Origin: Candidatus Woesearchaeota archaeon
GTDB taxonomy: Archaea > Nanobdellota > Nanobdellia > Woesearchaeales > JAZDKJ01
Assembly: GCA_043803105.1 (NCBI GenBank)
Contig: JAZDKJ010000005.1
Coordinates: 1 to 64,000 of the forward strand
Length of the DNA: 64,000 nt
Direction: 5' to 3'
Shown here: positions 9,754-20,001 of the stretch, one piece after another
Layout: every line of letters starts with the position of its first letter
Numbering within the stretch: the stretch's first letter is position 1
The notes under the pieces: generated by a model
What the model was told of the DNA's origin: nothing
The model's input: only the letters and a program-made list of their open reading frames with translations
Databases searched by the model: none
Translations under genes and position numbers: made by a program

Positions 9754-10197
9754 ATGAAGAAGCACTTCAGTGTACTTGACCTCCTTTGGCCATTGCTCAA
9801 GGCAATATTCTCGACAGCGGCATACTTCTTAGTGGTATTGATACTTTACCTTATAAACCTCATATTCCATAGCTCTGCGTTCTCAACAATCATCAGCGGG
9901 CTTTTCACCCTTGTGTACATAGTATTTTTCCTTGCTGTCGTATCAAGCTATGCAAACCACTTCAGAATGATTTCAGGATTGGCAATATTGGTGCCATTCC
10001 TGTTGAGCTTATCAACTACTCTCATTATATACTTCATTGCTTATATCTTTGACAGGATAAACAGCTTTCTCTCAATCGGATTCATAAGCGTGATAACAGG
10101 CTTTGTGATATACAACCTGCTGTACATATTCATCGCCATAACAGCGATAAGCTACCTTGTAGCACTTTTGGGGCCAAGAAGACATTCTAGAACTTAG
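9754..10197 (+). CDS. Hypothetical membrane protein (~4 TM)
   Basis: Hydrophobic 147-aa ORF downstream of a TATA-like TTTATTAA. Confidence 0.65.
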   Translation: MKKHFSVLDLLWPLLKAIFSTAAYFLVVLILYLINLIFHSSAFSTIISGLFTLVYIVFFLAVVSSYANHFRMISGLAILVPFLLSLSTTLIIYFIAYIFDRINSFLSIGFISVITGFVIYNLLYIFIAITAISYLVALLGPRRHSRT

Positions 10198-10212
10198 AGG
10201 CCACATAAAGAA

Positions 10213-11481
10213 TTACTGCTTCCAATAATCTAATGCCTGCCTCAGCTCATAATGATTTCTGGAATACCTCTCAAGAGAAACATTCTTCATCGTAGCTTCA
10301 AGGGCTTGGCGAATCGCTCTTGCACCTGCAAAGGCTCCTTGGGGATGACCAAACAAGCCGCCACCAAACTGGCAGATGATGTTCTTTCCCAAAAGCTTGA
10401 CAATGCTTGGCAACAATCCTGGATGAAGGCCCCCTGAACAGACAGCAAAAACAGGCTTGACATTGCCCCAATCCTGCTCAAGGGCATGAGCTGACTTTGT
10501 GGGATGGAAAAATCCTTTCTCTATCTCATCCTCAATCTCTTCAACCTCGAGAGCAGAGCCTTCCATCTTACCTACAATCGTGCCTATGTGAAGCTGGTCA
10601 ACACCGACAAGACGGCATACCTTGCTCAAGGTAAGCATTGAGATGCCATGTCGCTTGTTCCTGGTCAGGGCAGCGTGGCCTGCACGATGGCCGTGGATGA
10701 CCATATTCAAGTCAAATCCCCGTACAGTCTGCAAAGCAGACCAGCCAACAGTAAGGACATCAACCATGATATACTCGCCAGAATACTGCTTGACAAACTC
10801 AGCCCTCTTCAGCATCTCGTCAGTCTCTGCAGTAATGTTAGGCATGTAGAACTTCCTCTCTCCGGTAATTGACTCTGCCTTATCACGCATCTCCAAAGTC
10901 TTCCTTATCCTATCCTCAAAAACATTAAAGTTCTGGCTGGACAGGTTCTCATCATCCTTGACAATATCCATGCCACCAACCCATGCATCAAAGGCAACCT
11001 TTGCATGCTGGTCAGAATTAAGGCCAACCTTGGGCTTGACAATGGTGCCAACAAGAGGTCTTTTCTTGATGCCAGAAAGCTTCCTAATGCCGTCGATGCC
11101 ATAGAGAGGACCGGCAAAGGAGTCAACGATGCACTTTGGAAAGCGAATATCCTCAAGCCGCAAGGCATCAACAGCCTTCATTCCAAAAACATTGCCTGCA
11201 ACAGAGCTTAAGATCTGAGGCATGTTGCCTCGCTCAAACAATGCAGAGGGATAAGCAATCTTGACCAACCTGTTCTTTGCGTCGATACTATATATATTAG
11301 GCTTAAGCTTCTTGGCTATCTCCTTATTCATCGTGGAAAGGTCAGTCCATGTGCCAATAGAGGATTCTGCAGCAATATGCTCAGATGCCTTCTCAATGCT
11401 CATGCCGTTAGGCTCAATATAGTATTCACAGAGCAAATCATCAGAACCAGGCTTGTACTTAAGATCAATATACTCGAGCAC
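10213..11481 (-). CDS. rbcL: Form III RuBisCO large subunit
   Basis: AESSIGTW, GTIVKPKVGL, KDDEN, HRAGH, HIGT..GKM, SGGLHPG, QFGGG..GHP; catalytic residues intact. Confidence 0.95.
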   Translation of the reverse strand: MLEYIDLKYKPGSDDLLCEYYIEPNGMSIEKASEHIAAESSIGTWTDLSTMNKEIAKKLKPNIYSIDAKNRLVKIAYPSALFERGNMPQILSSVAGNVFGMKAVDALRLEDIRFPKCIVDSFAGPLYGIDGIRKLSGIKKRPLVGTIVKPKVGLNSDQHAKVAFDAWVGGMDIVKDDENLSSQNFNVFEDRIRKTLEMRDKAESITGERKFYMPNITAETDEMLKRAEFVKQYSGEYIMVDVLTVGWSALQTVRGFDLNMVIHGHRAGHAALTRNKRHGISMLTLSKVCRLVGVDQLHIGTIVGKMEGSALEVEEIEDEIEKGFFHPTKSAHALEQDWGNVKPVFAVCSGGLHPGLLPSIVKLLGKNIICQFGGGLFGHPQGAFAGARAIRQALEATMKNVSLERYSRNHYELRQALDYWKQ

Positions 11482-11495
11482 AACAACACCTCTTT

Positions 11496-12011
11496 TTATT
11501 CTTTTTCTCCTTCTGGCTCCTCGTCGTCCGAGTCATCATCAGGCTCGTCAGAGAAGAGCTCCTCAACAGTCTTCTTTTCCTTAGTCACATCATAAGATGG
11601 ATGGCCTTGATCAAGATGCGCTGGCTTTTCCTCCTCACGAGATTCTTCTGCAGGCTGCTCCTCTTCTTGCTCAGGCTCCTCTGGCTTTTTCTCGCTTAGG
11701 CCTTCTTTAGCAGACTCCTCCTCTACAGGATTCTCAGAGGGCTCGTCATAGACCTCAAGCTCGACAGGCTCTTCCTCATCTTCAGAACCATCAGAAAAAT
11801 AAATGCCGTCAGACTTAAGGTCTTCCCTTAACTCACTTTCCACCTGGTCGACCTCTTTCATAACCTCATCAGCATCAAGTGGGCGGTCTTTCCCAAGCAC
11901 AATCTCTTTAGCCTTTTCCACTGCCTCCTGCATGTTGCTTGCCAGGCCAGTGTTTCGCAGGGTGGCTGCAAGCTTATTTATCTTGTTAATACTGTCTACA
12001 TCGAGTTTCAT
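11496..12011 (-). CDS. Highly acidic, probably disordered hypothetical protein
   Basis: Helical N-terminus followed by an E/D/P-rich tail; 14 bp upstream of rbcL. Confidence 0.7.
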   Translation of the reverse strand: MKLDVDSINKINKLAATLRNTGLASNMQEAVEKAKEIVLGKDRPLDADEVMKEVDQVESELREDLKSDGIYFSDGSEDEEEPVELEVYDEPSENPVEEESAKEGLSEKKPEEPEQEEEQPAEESREEEKPAHLDQGHPSYDVTKEKKTVEELFSDEPDDDSDDEEPEGEKE

Positions 12012-12502
12012 CAGATCACCCTTGTGAAATCATCATCCCTTGTGTGAAACAACCTTGGAGCATTACCCTTCTCCACTTCGTTAAGGATCTTTCCTATGAA
12101 GAGCAAATGGTCACCTGCCTCAACTATATCTACCACTTCACACTCTAATTGGGCAACAGCCTCCGCCACTTTAGGGCAGTCAATTGCTGTTGATTCCTCT
12201 CTAGTTAAACCAGCTTTTTTAAACTTATCTATATGGCGGCCGGTGTTTCGTCCACAAAAGAGCACTTTTTCCTTTGCTGTGAAGGGCATGAAATTGACAG
12301 CAAAGCATCTGCTTTTTTTCAAGAGCTCAGCAGAGAAGCGTGATTTTCCGACAGAGATAACATACATTTGCGGATTGAACGAACAAGGCATGTGCCAATT
12401 AATGGTGATAAGATTGTCCTTAAGTGTAGGCTTTCCAAGAATGTCGACAGTTGCCTTGCATGAGACAAGCACAGTCTGGATCGGCTCGGCTGAAAAGACC
12501 AT
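12011..12502 (-). CDS. Flavin reductase-like (flavoredoxin) protein
   Basis: W.MPCSFNP, FAVN, CG..TGR..DKF, LECEV...EAGDH.LFIG. Confidence 0.85.
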   Translation of the reverse strand: MVFSAEPIQTVLVSCKATVDILGKPTLKDNLITINWHMPCSFNPQMYVISVGKSRFSAELLKKSRCFAVNFMPFTAKEKVLFCGRNTGRHIDKFKKAGLTREESTAIDCPKVAEAVAQLECEVVDIVEAGDHLLFIGKILNEVEKGNAPRLFHTRDDDFTRVI

Positions 12503-12535
12503 TAAAAGGATGAAGGCAAACTCATTTAAAAATGT

Positions 12536-13003
12536 TTAGGTAGCAAAGAAAATTGAGTCTTTATCTTCTATCAAAATGGTTTTGACCTTGAAGAGCTTTC
12601 TTACCAAGGCTGAGATTGAGTCATGGTACCTGGACTTTCTAAGAACCGTGAAAACAAACCGGGATTTTCCAACCCGGCGTATCTCTAACAAAGCCTTCTT
12701 CTTGTTCTTGAAGTTATGAATTGCTGTAACTGAAACAACAATATCAAAGGTCTTGTCCTTGAAAGGCAGGGCTTCTGCAAAAGCAAGAACCTTTTGTTTT
12801 TTTGACTGCCTTAACATTTCGAAGCTTGAATCAACCCCAATAACCTTACAATCAAAATCAGAAGAGATGCCAGTACCACAACCAACGTCAAGAAGAAGGT
12901 CTGATTTCTTTACCTTAAAATGATGCTTGATGAGAGCAAGCTTTTTTTGCTGTTCCTGGGAGTGAAGCTCGTTATAACCTTGAGAAATTGAGTTATAAGA
13001 CAT
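12536..13003 (-). CDS. Class I SAM-dependent methyltransferase
   Basis: LLDVGCGTG, GVDSS..ML, AEALPFKDKTFD. Confidence 0.9.
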   Translation of the reverse strand: MSYNSISQGYNELHSQEQQKKLALIKHHFKVKKSDLLLDVGCGTGISSDFDCKVIGVDSSFEMLRQSKKQKVLAFAEALPFKDKTFDIVVSVTAIHNFKNKKKALLEIRRVGKSRFVFTVLRKSRYHDSISALVRKLFKVKTILIEDKDSIFFAT

Positions 13004-13005
13004 AA

Positions 13006-14193
13006 TCAATCTATGCCAGCAGCTTTTGCGCTTTTATCGATATAAGATGGGATATACTTAACTTTCGTTTGAGTTGGGTTGGCAGCTTTTTGCTCAGTGG
13101 TTGAAGCGGGACCGTATCCGTAAACTTGTGTATCGCGGAAATTTTCGTCGTTATCGTCCTCTTCATCCGGTGTTGTTGGGTTTTTCCCATCGGCTAACGG
13201 GGGTTCAGCTGTCTGCGGACTGCCTGCTGGCGGAGGTGTTATGGTCAAAAATGGCTTTGGACGACCTTCGGGATAGTAAGTAGTGGTGCCGGGAGGAGGA
13301 TTCTTTGAGGAAAGAGCGTTCTTTATATCCTGCTTGTAGGCTTCTAAACCTGCCTTGTATTCTTGCCATTTGCCAGCAAACCATCCGCAAGATGCATCTA
13401 CGTCACCAGCCATTCCGGTAATGTCAGCAACAGCAGCGCCTGTTGGCGTTCCGCAGCCAGAATCAACAGGAACCCAAGCGTTTGCCTCGGCATTGTAAGC
13501 ATACAGCTTGCCATCTGCCTCATCATAGAAGAATGCGTCTTCAGGAAGATTGCCTGGACCTTGAGAGCTTACTCCTGAATCGTCAAAGGCAACGGTTGTG
13601 GGATCTTGGCCTTCTGCAGTGTAAGAGAAAGGACCTGCCTCGTAATCAAACAGTACAGTGTCGGTTGAATAAAACACAACATTGTTAGCGGATGCAAAGT
13701 CGCAAGATTGTGTACAGACCATAGTTGTGGCCTCTACGTCGAGAGTGCCAAAGGGAAATGAGGCAACTGAACCTTCCTGCAATTCGAATGAAGGAATGCC
13801 ATTATCTGCGACAACTATAACGCTACCCTCATGCAAAACAGTATCAAGATCCCCGACCTTTATAGCTGTACCGTCTGAAGTCTGTGAAATAGTGCCTTGA
13901 ACTTCACTACCTGCTGGAAGAGTAATCTCTCCGTTCGGAGTAGTCAGGATTGCCTGGTCACCTACCATGTCTACAACCAGACCATCAAAACCGTCAGTTT
14001 CAACAAAGAAACCGGTAGTTTCCTGGAATTGAAATGCATTATCTGCAGTCAGGAAGGTCTGCTCGCCTGAATCAAAAGAAAAATCTGAGCCACTATCTCC
14101 CGAAGACTCAAAATCAAAGCCTTCATCCTGTGAGTGAATTGAGGAAGCTAACAAGAGCACGACAACGGAAATGACAATAAGTTGGATCCTCAT
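13006..14193 (-). CDS. Secreted acidic hypothetical protein
   Basis: Signal peptide; beta-rich acidic body; TGAAVADITGMAG motif; Pro-rich C-terminus. Confidence 0.65.
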   Translation of the reverse strand: MRIQLIVISVVVLLLASSIHSQDEGFDFESSGDSGSDFSFDSGEQTFLTADNAFQFQETTGFFVETDGFDGLVVDMVGDQAILTTPNGEITLPAGSEVQGTISQTSDGTAIKVGDLDTVLHEGSVIVVADNGIPSFELQEGSVASFPFGTLDVEATTMVCTQSCDFASANNVVFYSTDTVLFDYEAGPFSYTAEGQDPTTVAFDDSGVSSQGPGNLPEDAFFYDEADGKLYAYNAEANAWVPVDSGCGTPTGAAVADITGMAGDVDASCGWFAGKWQEYKAGLEAYKQDIKNALSSKNPPPGTTTYYPEGRPKPFLTITPPPAGSPQTAEPPLADGKNPTTPDEEDDNDENFRDTQVYGYGPASTTEQKAANPTQTKVKYIPSYIDKSAKAAGID

Positions 14194-15485
14194 TGGACTA
14201 CCACCGTGAAGCTCTGCTTATCCACTGCTCCCTTGATGTCAACAACTATAACGGTGATATTATAAGAGCCTGATTTTGTAGGAGTGAAGGTTAAGGTGCC
14301 TGATATTGGGTTGGCAATCTTTGCCTCCTCTGGACCGTCAAAGACCATGAAGAAAAGTGTGTCATTGTTCGGGTCATTTGCTCGAAGGGTGTAAGTAAAG
14401 GTCGAGCCAAGGCTAATAACATGGTCGAGAACTGGCAAGAGAACTGGAGGCTCATTGTCTGCCTTTATATTCAAAGACAAGACAGCATAATCAAAATTCC
14501 CTTTATCGTCAAAAGCCTTGATGAGAATCTTGTGCAGGCCCTTATCTTTCAACCCTGGGACAAACTCAATCAAACCAGTGGAGTTATCAATGTTAAACAT
14601 AGGAGTGAAATCAGCAAAGTAAACACCGCTTTCAAGGGTCTTCACCTGGTAGCTGTACAGATAACTTGTGACTGCTTCCTGAGCAGCAACGGGGGCAAGG
14701 AGCTTTTTCTGATTTGAGGAAGGCCAATCAAAGCGAGAGGCAAAAGCGAAAAGGTCATTAGGATTGTCTACTGGAAGCAGGCTGATTATCATCACTCCAG
14801 AACCCATGTTTATGAGCTCTACACGGAAATTGCCTGATTTGCCCAAGTCAATGATCCTTGAAATAGGAACAAAGCCGGGCTTTTGAGTCATGAACTTGAC
14901 AATCTCAACAGAATAGTTATACAGCGAGGGCAGGGAGGAGTCAACTGTGGTCTGGAAAGAGTCAAAGCCAACAGAGACATCGCCTTTAGTAACAGTAAAG
15001 GGATATAAAACCGTGGTGGTAATTGAACCTTGGCTAAAAAAAGTCTGTGCAGTGATTGAACCCTCCTTAACATCATAACCAAGCTGCCTGAAGGCAGAAA
15101 AACCAGCTGTGCAGGAAGGCAGATTTGATGAAACAAACAAGGAAATCTGCTCGCCAATAACAGATTTTGAAGGGATGGTCACGTTACCATTATCATAATA
15201 GAACGGAACAAGCACGTTCTGCAGAGGAGTGGCAGGAACATCAGGAATGAAATAACCTGCCTGAAGAGAGACAAGGCTTAACCCATCAATCAAGGTTGAA
15301 TGCAGGCAATCATCAACAAAAGCCCTTATTGGCTGGATGTCTGCAGGAGTCTCTAGAACCTGCCTTAAGCCCTGAGAACCTTCTGATTCAATAGCAGAGG
15401 AACGCAGATAAGTGAAAAAAAGCATGGCAATAAGGACTATGGCACCAAGAAGAATAAAGATAGTCACCTGGGCTTTTTTTCGCAT
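14190..15485 (-). CDS. Class III signal peptide (pilin-like) protein with C-terminal Ig/cadherin-like domains
   Basis: Likely start MRKKAQ-VTIFILLG; NEPPVL, ANDPNNDTL, TPTKSGSYNITV. Confidence 0.75.
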   Translation of the reverse strand: MRKKAQVTIFILLGAIVLIAMLFFTYLRSSAIESEGSQGLRQVLETPADIQPIRAFVDDCLHSTLIDGLSLVSLQAGYFIPDVPATPLQNVLVPFYYDNGNVTIPSKSVIGEQISLFVSSNLPSCTAGFSAFRQLGYDVKEGSITAQTFFSQGSITTTVLYPFTVTKGDVSVGFDSFQTTVDSSLPSLYNYSVEIVKFMTQKPGFVPISRIIDLGKSGNFRVELINMGSGVMIISLLPVDNPNDLFAFASRFDWPSSNQKKLLAPVAAQEAVTSYLYSYQVKTLESGVYFADFTPMFNIDNSTGLIEFVPGLKDKGLHKILIKAFDDKGNFDYAVLSLNIKADNEPPVLLPVLDHVISLGSTFTYTLRANDPNNDTLFFMVFDGPEEAKIANPISGTLTFTPTKSGSYNITVIVVDIKGAVDKQSFTVVVQ

Positions 15486-15543
15486 CACTGGTAGGTTTTG
15501 GATAGATTTGTTTAAATAGTTTATGGTAAACTTGTGGCATAGC

Positions 15544-16353
15544 ATGGAAGAAGCCATAAAAATTCTGAAAAAGTATACAGGGCACAAGACAATAATATTG
15601 ACTGAGAGCGGAGACACTGCAATATTTGCGGCGATGTACTGCGCGAGAAAGCTTGGGCTTGGAAAGCCGAACGTATTGATACCTGACCAAGGGGGATGGC
15701 TTACTTACAAGAAATATCCTAAAATGCTTGAATTGAACGCAAAGGAATACAAAACAGAGCTCGGTATAGTAAGGATAAACGAATTGGAAACAGAGAACAG
15801 CTGCTGCCTCATATACGAGAATCCGACAGGCTATTTTGCAGAACAACCGACAAAGCAAATCTATGAAAAATGCAAGGATGATTGCTTGGTCATAGCAGAT
15901 GTTACAGGATGCATCGGTGATGAGGAGCTATGCAATGGTACATTTGCTGACATCATGGTCGGGAGCTTTGGAAAATGGAAACCAGTAAACCTTGGCTACG
16001 GAGGCTTTGTTTCATTCAAGAGAGAAGAAGACTATCTGAAGGCAAAAGAGATATTCAACACAACAAGCTTTGATGAAAGCAGACTAAATGAACTAGCAAA
16101 AAAGCTAGAGGATTGCAGGCAAAGGCTGGACTACCTTTACAAGAAATGCAGAAAGGTCAAGTCAGAATTAAAGAATCATGAAGTGCTGCACAGGGACAAG
16201 AAGGGGATAAACGTTGCAGTCAGATTCAAGACAGAAATCGAAAAGCAGGAACTTATAGAATATTGCGAAAACAATAAATATGAGTACACACTCTGCCCAA
16301 GGTACATAAGAGTGCTTGAACAGGCAATAAGCATAGAGATAAAAAGGCTGTAA
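15544..16353 (+). CDS. PLP-dependent aminotransferase-like protein (DegT/DnrJ family)
   Basis: TESGDTAI, IPDQGGW, IADV, GSFGKWKP..LGYGG. Confidence 0.7.
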   Translation: MEEAIKILKKYTGHKTIILTESGDTAIFAAMYCARKLGLGKPNVLIPDQGGWLTYKKYPKMLELNAKEYKTELGIVRINELETENSCCLIYENPTGYFAEQPTKQIYEKCKDDCLVIADVTGCIGDEELCNGTFADIMVGSFGKWKPVNLGYGGFVSFKREEDYLKAKEIFNTTSFDESRLNELAKKLEDCRQRLDYLYKKCRKVKSELKNHEVLHRDKKGINVAVRFKTEIEKQELIEYCENNKYEYTLCPRYIRVLEQAISIEIKRL

Positions 16354-16354
16354 A

Positions 16355-16765
16355 ATGGCATTGAAAGAACCAACAAGTGTGCAAGAGTGCGTTTACTTTA
16401 CCAACAGGACCATAGGCAACGGAAAGGCAATGGCATGGGTATTCAAGGAAATGTGCCCAAAATGCAAAAAAGGGACCATGGGAAAACCAAAAGATGCAAA
16501 AACAGGAAAGACCCAGATAAGAGCAAAAGAATATCGCTGCCCGAGTTGCGGATTCACCATGCAAAAACAAGAGTATGAAGACACATTAACAGCAAATGTA
16601 AGCTACACCTGCCCTCACTGTGCAAACAAGGGAGAGGCACAAGTGCCATTCAAACGAAAAAAGATAGAAGGAATTGACACGCTAAGGGCCAAGTGCAGCA
16701 AATGCGGCGGGAATATAGACATAACAAAAAAGATGAAATCAAAGGGAGAGCCTGACAACAAATAA
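16355..16765 (+). CDS. Double zinc-ribbon protein
   Basis: CPKC, CPSC, CPHC, CSKC. Confidence 0.75.
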   Translation: MALKEPTSVQECVYFTNRTIGNGKAMAWVFKEMCPKCKKGTMGKPKDAKTGKTQIRAKEYRCPSCGFTMQKQEYEDTLTANVSYTCPHCANKGEAQVPFKRKKIEGIDTLRAKCSKCGGNIDITKKMKSKGEPDNK

Positions 16766-16801
16766 ATCAGTTTTCTAACATTCTTGCAGTGTCAATAAGG
16801 A

Positions 16802-17533
16802 TCAATAATGAAGCAGACTCCGTTGTTTTTTTCCAAATTTTTCAAGGTAATTTGGAGGATTGACCTTGATGTGAGAAAAGCCAAAATCATGAAGCATCTT
16901 GTGAGCATTAGGGGTTATCTTTGGGCTTGCAAGAATTCCGCGGACATTAGCAACTCCTTTGCTCTGCTTAATTTTCTCAACGTAACGCCTTAACTGGTCA
17001 ACAGCCTTTAGGTCTGCAGCATAGCGCTTGCACTCGACAACAGTCAAGACATTATGCTTGTCAAAACCAAAGACATCAATAAAGCCGTATTTTGTCTGCT
17101 CTTCTTGTGAAACAGGCTTAAAGCCCTTTTCTATCAATCCAGGATTGGAGTAAAGCATGTCAGCCATGTCCTTTTCTGTTCCTGTAACAACAATGGAAGC
17201 ACCATCCTCAAGCTTATAGCTACCAAGAAAGTAAACCTTGGAAATCATTATGTCCATGAAATCCTTGAGCATAAGGTTCTGGGCGCGCAAAACCAAACAG
17301 CCATCCTCTAGCAGAGGATGAATTGTGGAGCCTGGCTTCATGTAATTCACAGGAGCATTGCCTGTTGGCTGGTGCACGATAATAGCATTATCAGACTTGA
17401 TAATCACGATCCTGTCGCCCTCAGGAAGAAAGCTTTCTGCACGGCCGCTATACTTTACAGAACAATTGCAGGCGATAGCTAAGGACTCATTATTGGAAAC
17501 TGCTGCCTCTATCCTCTCGATATACTTATGCAT
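16802..17533 (-). CDS. nucS: Endonuclease NucS/EndoMS
   Basis: C.V.Y.GRA.S.L, IIKSD..IIVH, GFID, VVECKR, QL.RY; C-terminal PIP box QRSLLHY. Confidence 0.92.
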   Translation of the reverse strand: MHKYIERIEAAVSNNESLAIACNCSVKYSGRAESFLPEGDRIVIIKSDNAIIVHQPTGNAPVNYMKPGSTIHPLLEDGCLVLRAQNLMLKDFMDIMISKVYFLGSYKLEDGASIVVTGTEKDMADMLYSNPGLIEKGFKPVSQEEQTKYGFIDVFGFDKHNVLTVVECKRYAADLKAVDQLRRYVEKIKQSKGVANVRGILASPKITPNAHKMLHDFGFSHIKVNPPNYLEKFGKKQRSLLHY

Positions 17534-17554
17534 AGAATGAAAGATAATTCAACA

Positions 17555-19744
17555 TTATTTATTCTTTGTGGAAATAACGTCAGCTTCATGCTTGATCCTT
17601 TCAGTATACCTGCATTTGGGAAAGCGATTACAAGCAATAAAAGCGCCGTAGACACTCTTCCTCAAAATAAGCGTGCCTTCCTTGCACTTTGGGCATGGCC
17701 TTTCCTTAAAATCAGCAGGAACACCTTTTGAAGCACAATCAGGATTGATGCAGACCTCCTGCGGCTTTTTTGCCTTCCTTATCATAATAACAATGGGCAT
17801 CTTGCATGTATCACAAACCTTGTCAGAGACCTTAACCAATCCAGTAGCTGGCAATTTGTAGGTGGTGCTGCACTCAGGGTATTTATTGCAGGCAATAAAA
17901 CGACCGAACTTGCCCTTCCTAATTATCAAGTCGCCGTTGCACTTAGGGCATTTGCCAACTGTTGTCGCAAGCCGAATAGACTCACGATTTGCCGCAGACA
18001 ACTCTTGACCTATTACAGATTCTTTCTTCTTGAAATTCTCAAGAATCTTTGTCAGAACAGATTTTGCCTCTTCAAGAATCTCTGGCTCGTTTCTCTTCTT
18101 TTCCCTAATATCTTCCATCTCCTCGTCAAAATGCCTTGTAAGCTCTTCATCAAGGATCTCAGGAATATACTTCAACAGGGTATCAACAGTCTGAATGCCA
18201 AGTTCGGTAGCCTGTATTGGAGAGCCTTGGACATAGCCCCGCTGGAACAAAGTATCAACAATCTGGGCACGAGTGGCCTTTGTGCCAAGCCCTTTCTTTT
18301 CAAGCTCCTTGATCATGGACGAAGGATTATACCTATTCGGCGGCTGAGTCTCCTTGGATACAAAGTCAACCTTCTTGACATCAAGAACATCCTTGGCATT
18401 TACAAGCGGTAACTCAGTCTCGTCAAGCTTGACATAAGGTTCGTAAAAAAGATGCCAGCCCTTCTCAACAGTGGTTGTGCCTTTCGCAAGAAATGGCTCG
18501 CCATTAAGGTCAATAGAAATGGTCATTGTCTCGCGTACAGCTGGTGCGGCAAAAGTGGAAAGGAAGCGTTTCACAATAATATCGTAGACCTTTGCCTCGC
18601 GCTCCTTTAAGGATTTTGGGGCAAGGCCTGTCGGATAGATGGCAGGATGCGCTGGGTCAGTCTTCTTGCCATTATTTGGAGTAACGGGCTTCAATTGCAT
18701 TGCAAGAACAGAATACGGCTTTTGCTTTGACAAGGCATTAAAAATCTTTTGAAAGCCGATGGCTGGAGGCAGTTCCTGAGAGCTAGTCCTTGGATAAGAG
18801 ATCAGGCCTTCAGTGTAGAGATTCTGTGCATGCTCGAGAGTCTCTTTAGGCTCGATGCGAAAGCAGCGATAACACTCAAGCTGAAGAGAGGTAAGGTCAA
18901 AGGGAAATGGGGGCTGCTGGTTAAACCTCGCAGTCTCCACCTTGGAAACAATGGCATTTCTTGCGTCCTTAACCTTTGCAAAAACCTGATCAGCCCGTGA
19001 CTTGTCCCAAAACTTGTCTTCCTGATGAGAGGCTGAAAAATCAGAGCCCTTTGAAGAGCAGAGAAGCATTATCTGCCAAAAAGGCACAGGCTTAAACGCA
19101 GATATGTCATGCTCGCGGTCGACAATAATTTTCAAGGCAGGGCCCTGGACACGGCCAATAGAGAGAATCTTGAAAACACCAGAAGACTTGATTGCAGAGG
19201 TAAGGGCACGACTCATGTTAATGCCGTAGTAGTAGTCCAGGTAGTGGCGTGTCTCACCAGCAAAGGCCTGGCCCCAATCAAGGCTCTTTGACTTTGAAGC
19301 GTAAGCATTAACAAGGTCTGGCTTTGTAAGGGTGGAGAACTTCATCCTCGATGCGTCTTTCTGCTTGCAAATGTAGCGAATAATATTGAGGCCGATGACC
19401 TCTCCCTCAACATCATAATCGCAAGCAACAGTGAAACTGTCAGCGTTCTTGGAGATTTTCTTCAACACATCAAAATACTTCTTGCTAAAATCAGAGCCTT
19501 TTGACTCCTCGTAAGAGGGTTTCCATTCAAGGTCAAAGGTAGGGTATTTGAAGCCATGCTTCACTTTTTCAGCAACTGTAAAGAGGTGGCCAACAGCGCA
19601 ACCTATCAAAATCTCCTTTTTCTTGTGAGTTAGCTCGTAATAAGGCACTCCCTTCTCGCTTTTTTTCGTAGGTTTACCGTCGGCAAGAGCCTCAGCAAGC
19701 TTCTTTGAAGCAGCGGGCTTTTCAGTTATGATAAGTTCAACCAT
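17555..19744 (-). CDS. topA: DNA topoisomerase I (type IA) with C-terminal zinc ribbons
   Basis: IITEKP, GHL, D.D.EGE, SIGRVQ, ISYPRT, HPAIYPT, GLGTKATRA; C4 ribbons. Confidence 0.95.
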   Translation of the reverse strand: MVELIITEKPAASKKLAEALADGKPTKKSEKGVPYYELTHKKKEILIGCAVGHLFTVAEKVKHGFKYPTFDLEWKPSYEESKGSDFSKKYFDVLKKISKNADSFTVACDYDVEGEVIGLNIIRYICKQKDASRMKFSTLTKPDLVNAYASKSKSLDWGQAFAGETRHYLDYYYGINMSRALTSAIKSSGVFKILSIGRVQGPALKIIVDREHDISAFKPVPFWQIMLLCSSKGSDFSASHQEDKFWDKSRADQVFAKVKDARNAIVSKVETARFNQQPPFPFDLTSLQLECYRCFRIEPKETLEHAQNLYTEGLISYPRTSSQELPPAIGFQKIFNALSKQKPYSVLAMQLKPVTPNNGKKTDPAHPAIYPTGLAPKSLKEREAKVYDIIVKRFLSTFAAPAVRETMTISIDLNGEPFLAKGTTTVEKGWHLFYEPYVKLDETELPLVNAKDVLDVKKVDFVSKETQPPNRYNPSSMIKELEKKGLGTKATRAQIVDTLFQRGYVQGSPIQATELGIQTVDTLLKYIPEILDEELTRHFDEEMEDIREKKRNEPEILEEAKSVLTKILENFKKKESVIGQELSAANRESIRLATTVGKCPKCNGDLIIRKGKFGRFIACNKYPECSTTYKLPATGLVKVSDKVCDTCKMPIVIMIRKAKKPQEVCINPDCASKGVPADFKERPCPKCKEGTLILRKSVYGAFIACNRFPKCRYTERIKHEADVISTKNK

Positions 19745-19815
19745 AATGCCGAGGACTAAAGGATTCTATAAAAACGTTGCGTTTAAGCGTAGTTAGTGGA
19801 AAATCTCAGCGGCGA

Positions 19816-19907
19816 GCCTTTTCGCAGTCAGCCTGAAGGCTGACCTGCTTTTTTTCTCCCGTGCAGGCTTGGGAGAAAAAAAGGCAGCCTGCAAGGTGCG
19901 AAAAGGC
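19816..19907. other. Structured intergenic element, linker-free four-way junction (putative ncRNA or DNA palindrome)
   Basis: P1 19816-26/19897-907 (11 bp perfect), P2 19827-44, P3 19845-87, P4 19888-96. Confidence 0.55.
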
Positions 19908-20001
19908 AAAAAAAAAGACACGCATCTTGCCAGTTTAAGCGACAGGCCATGATAAACTATATATAGTATAAAACCTAACAAAAAGGAAAAAGAGGAACAA
20001 G

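Noticed and set aside
19816-19907. tRNA (cloverleaf-like fold)
   Set aside because: No T-loop GTTC or D-loop GG, wrong stem lengths, no anticodon arm geometry.
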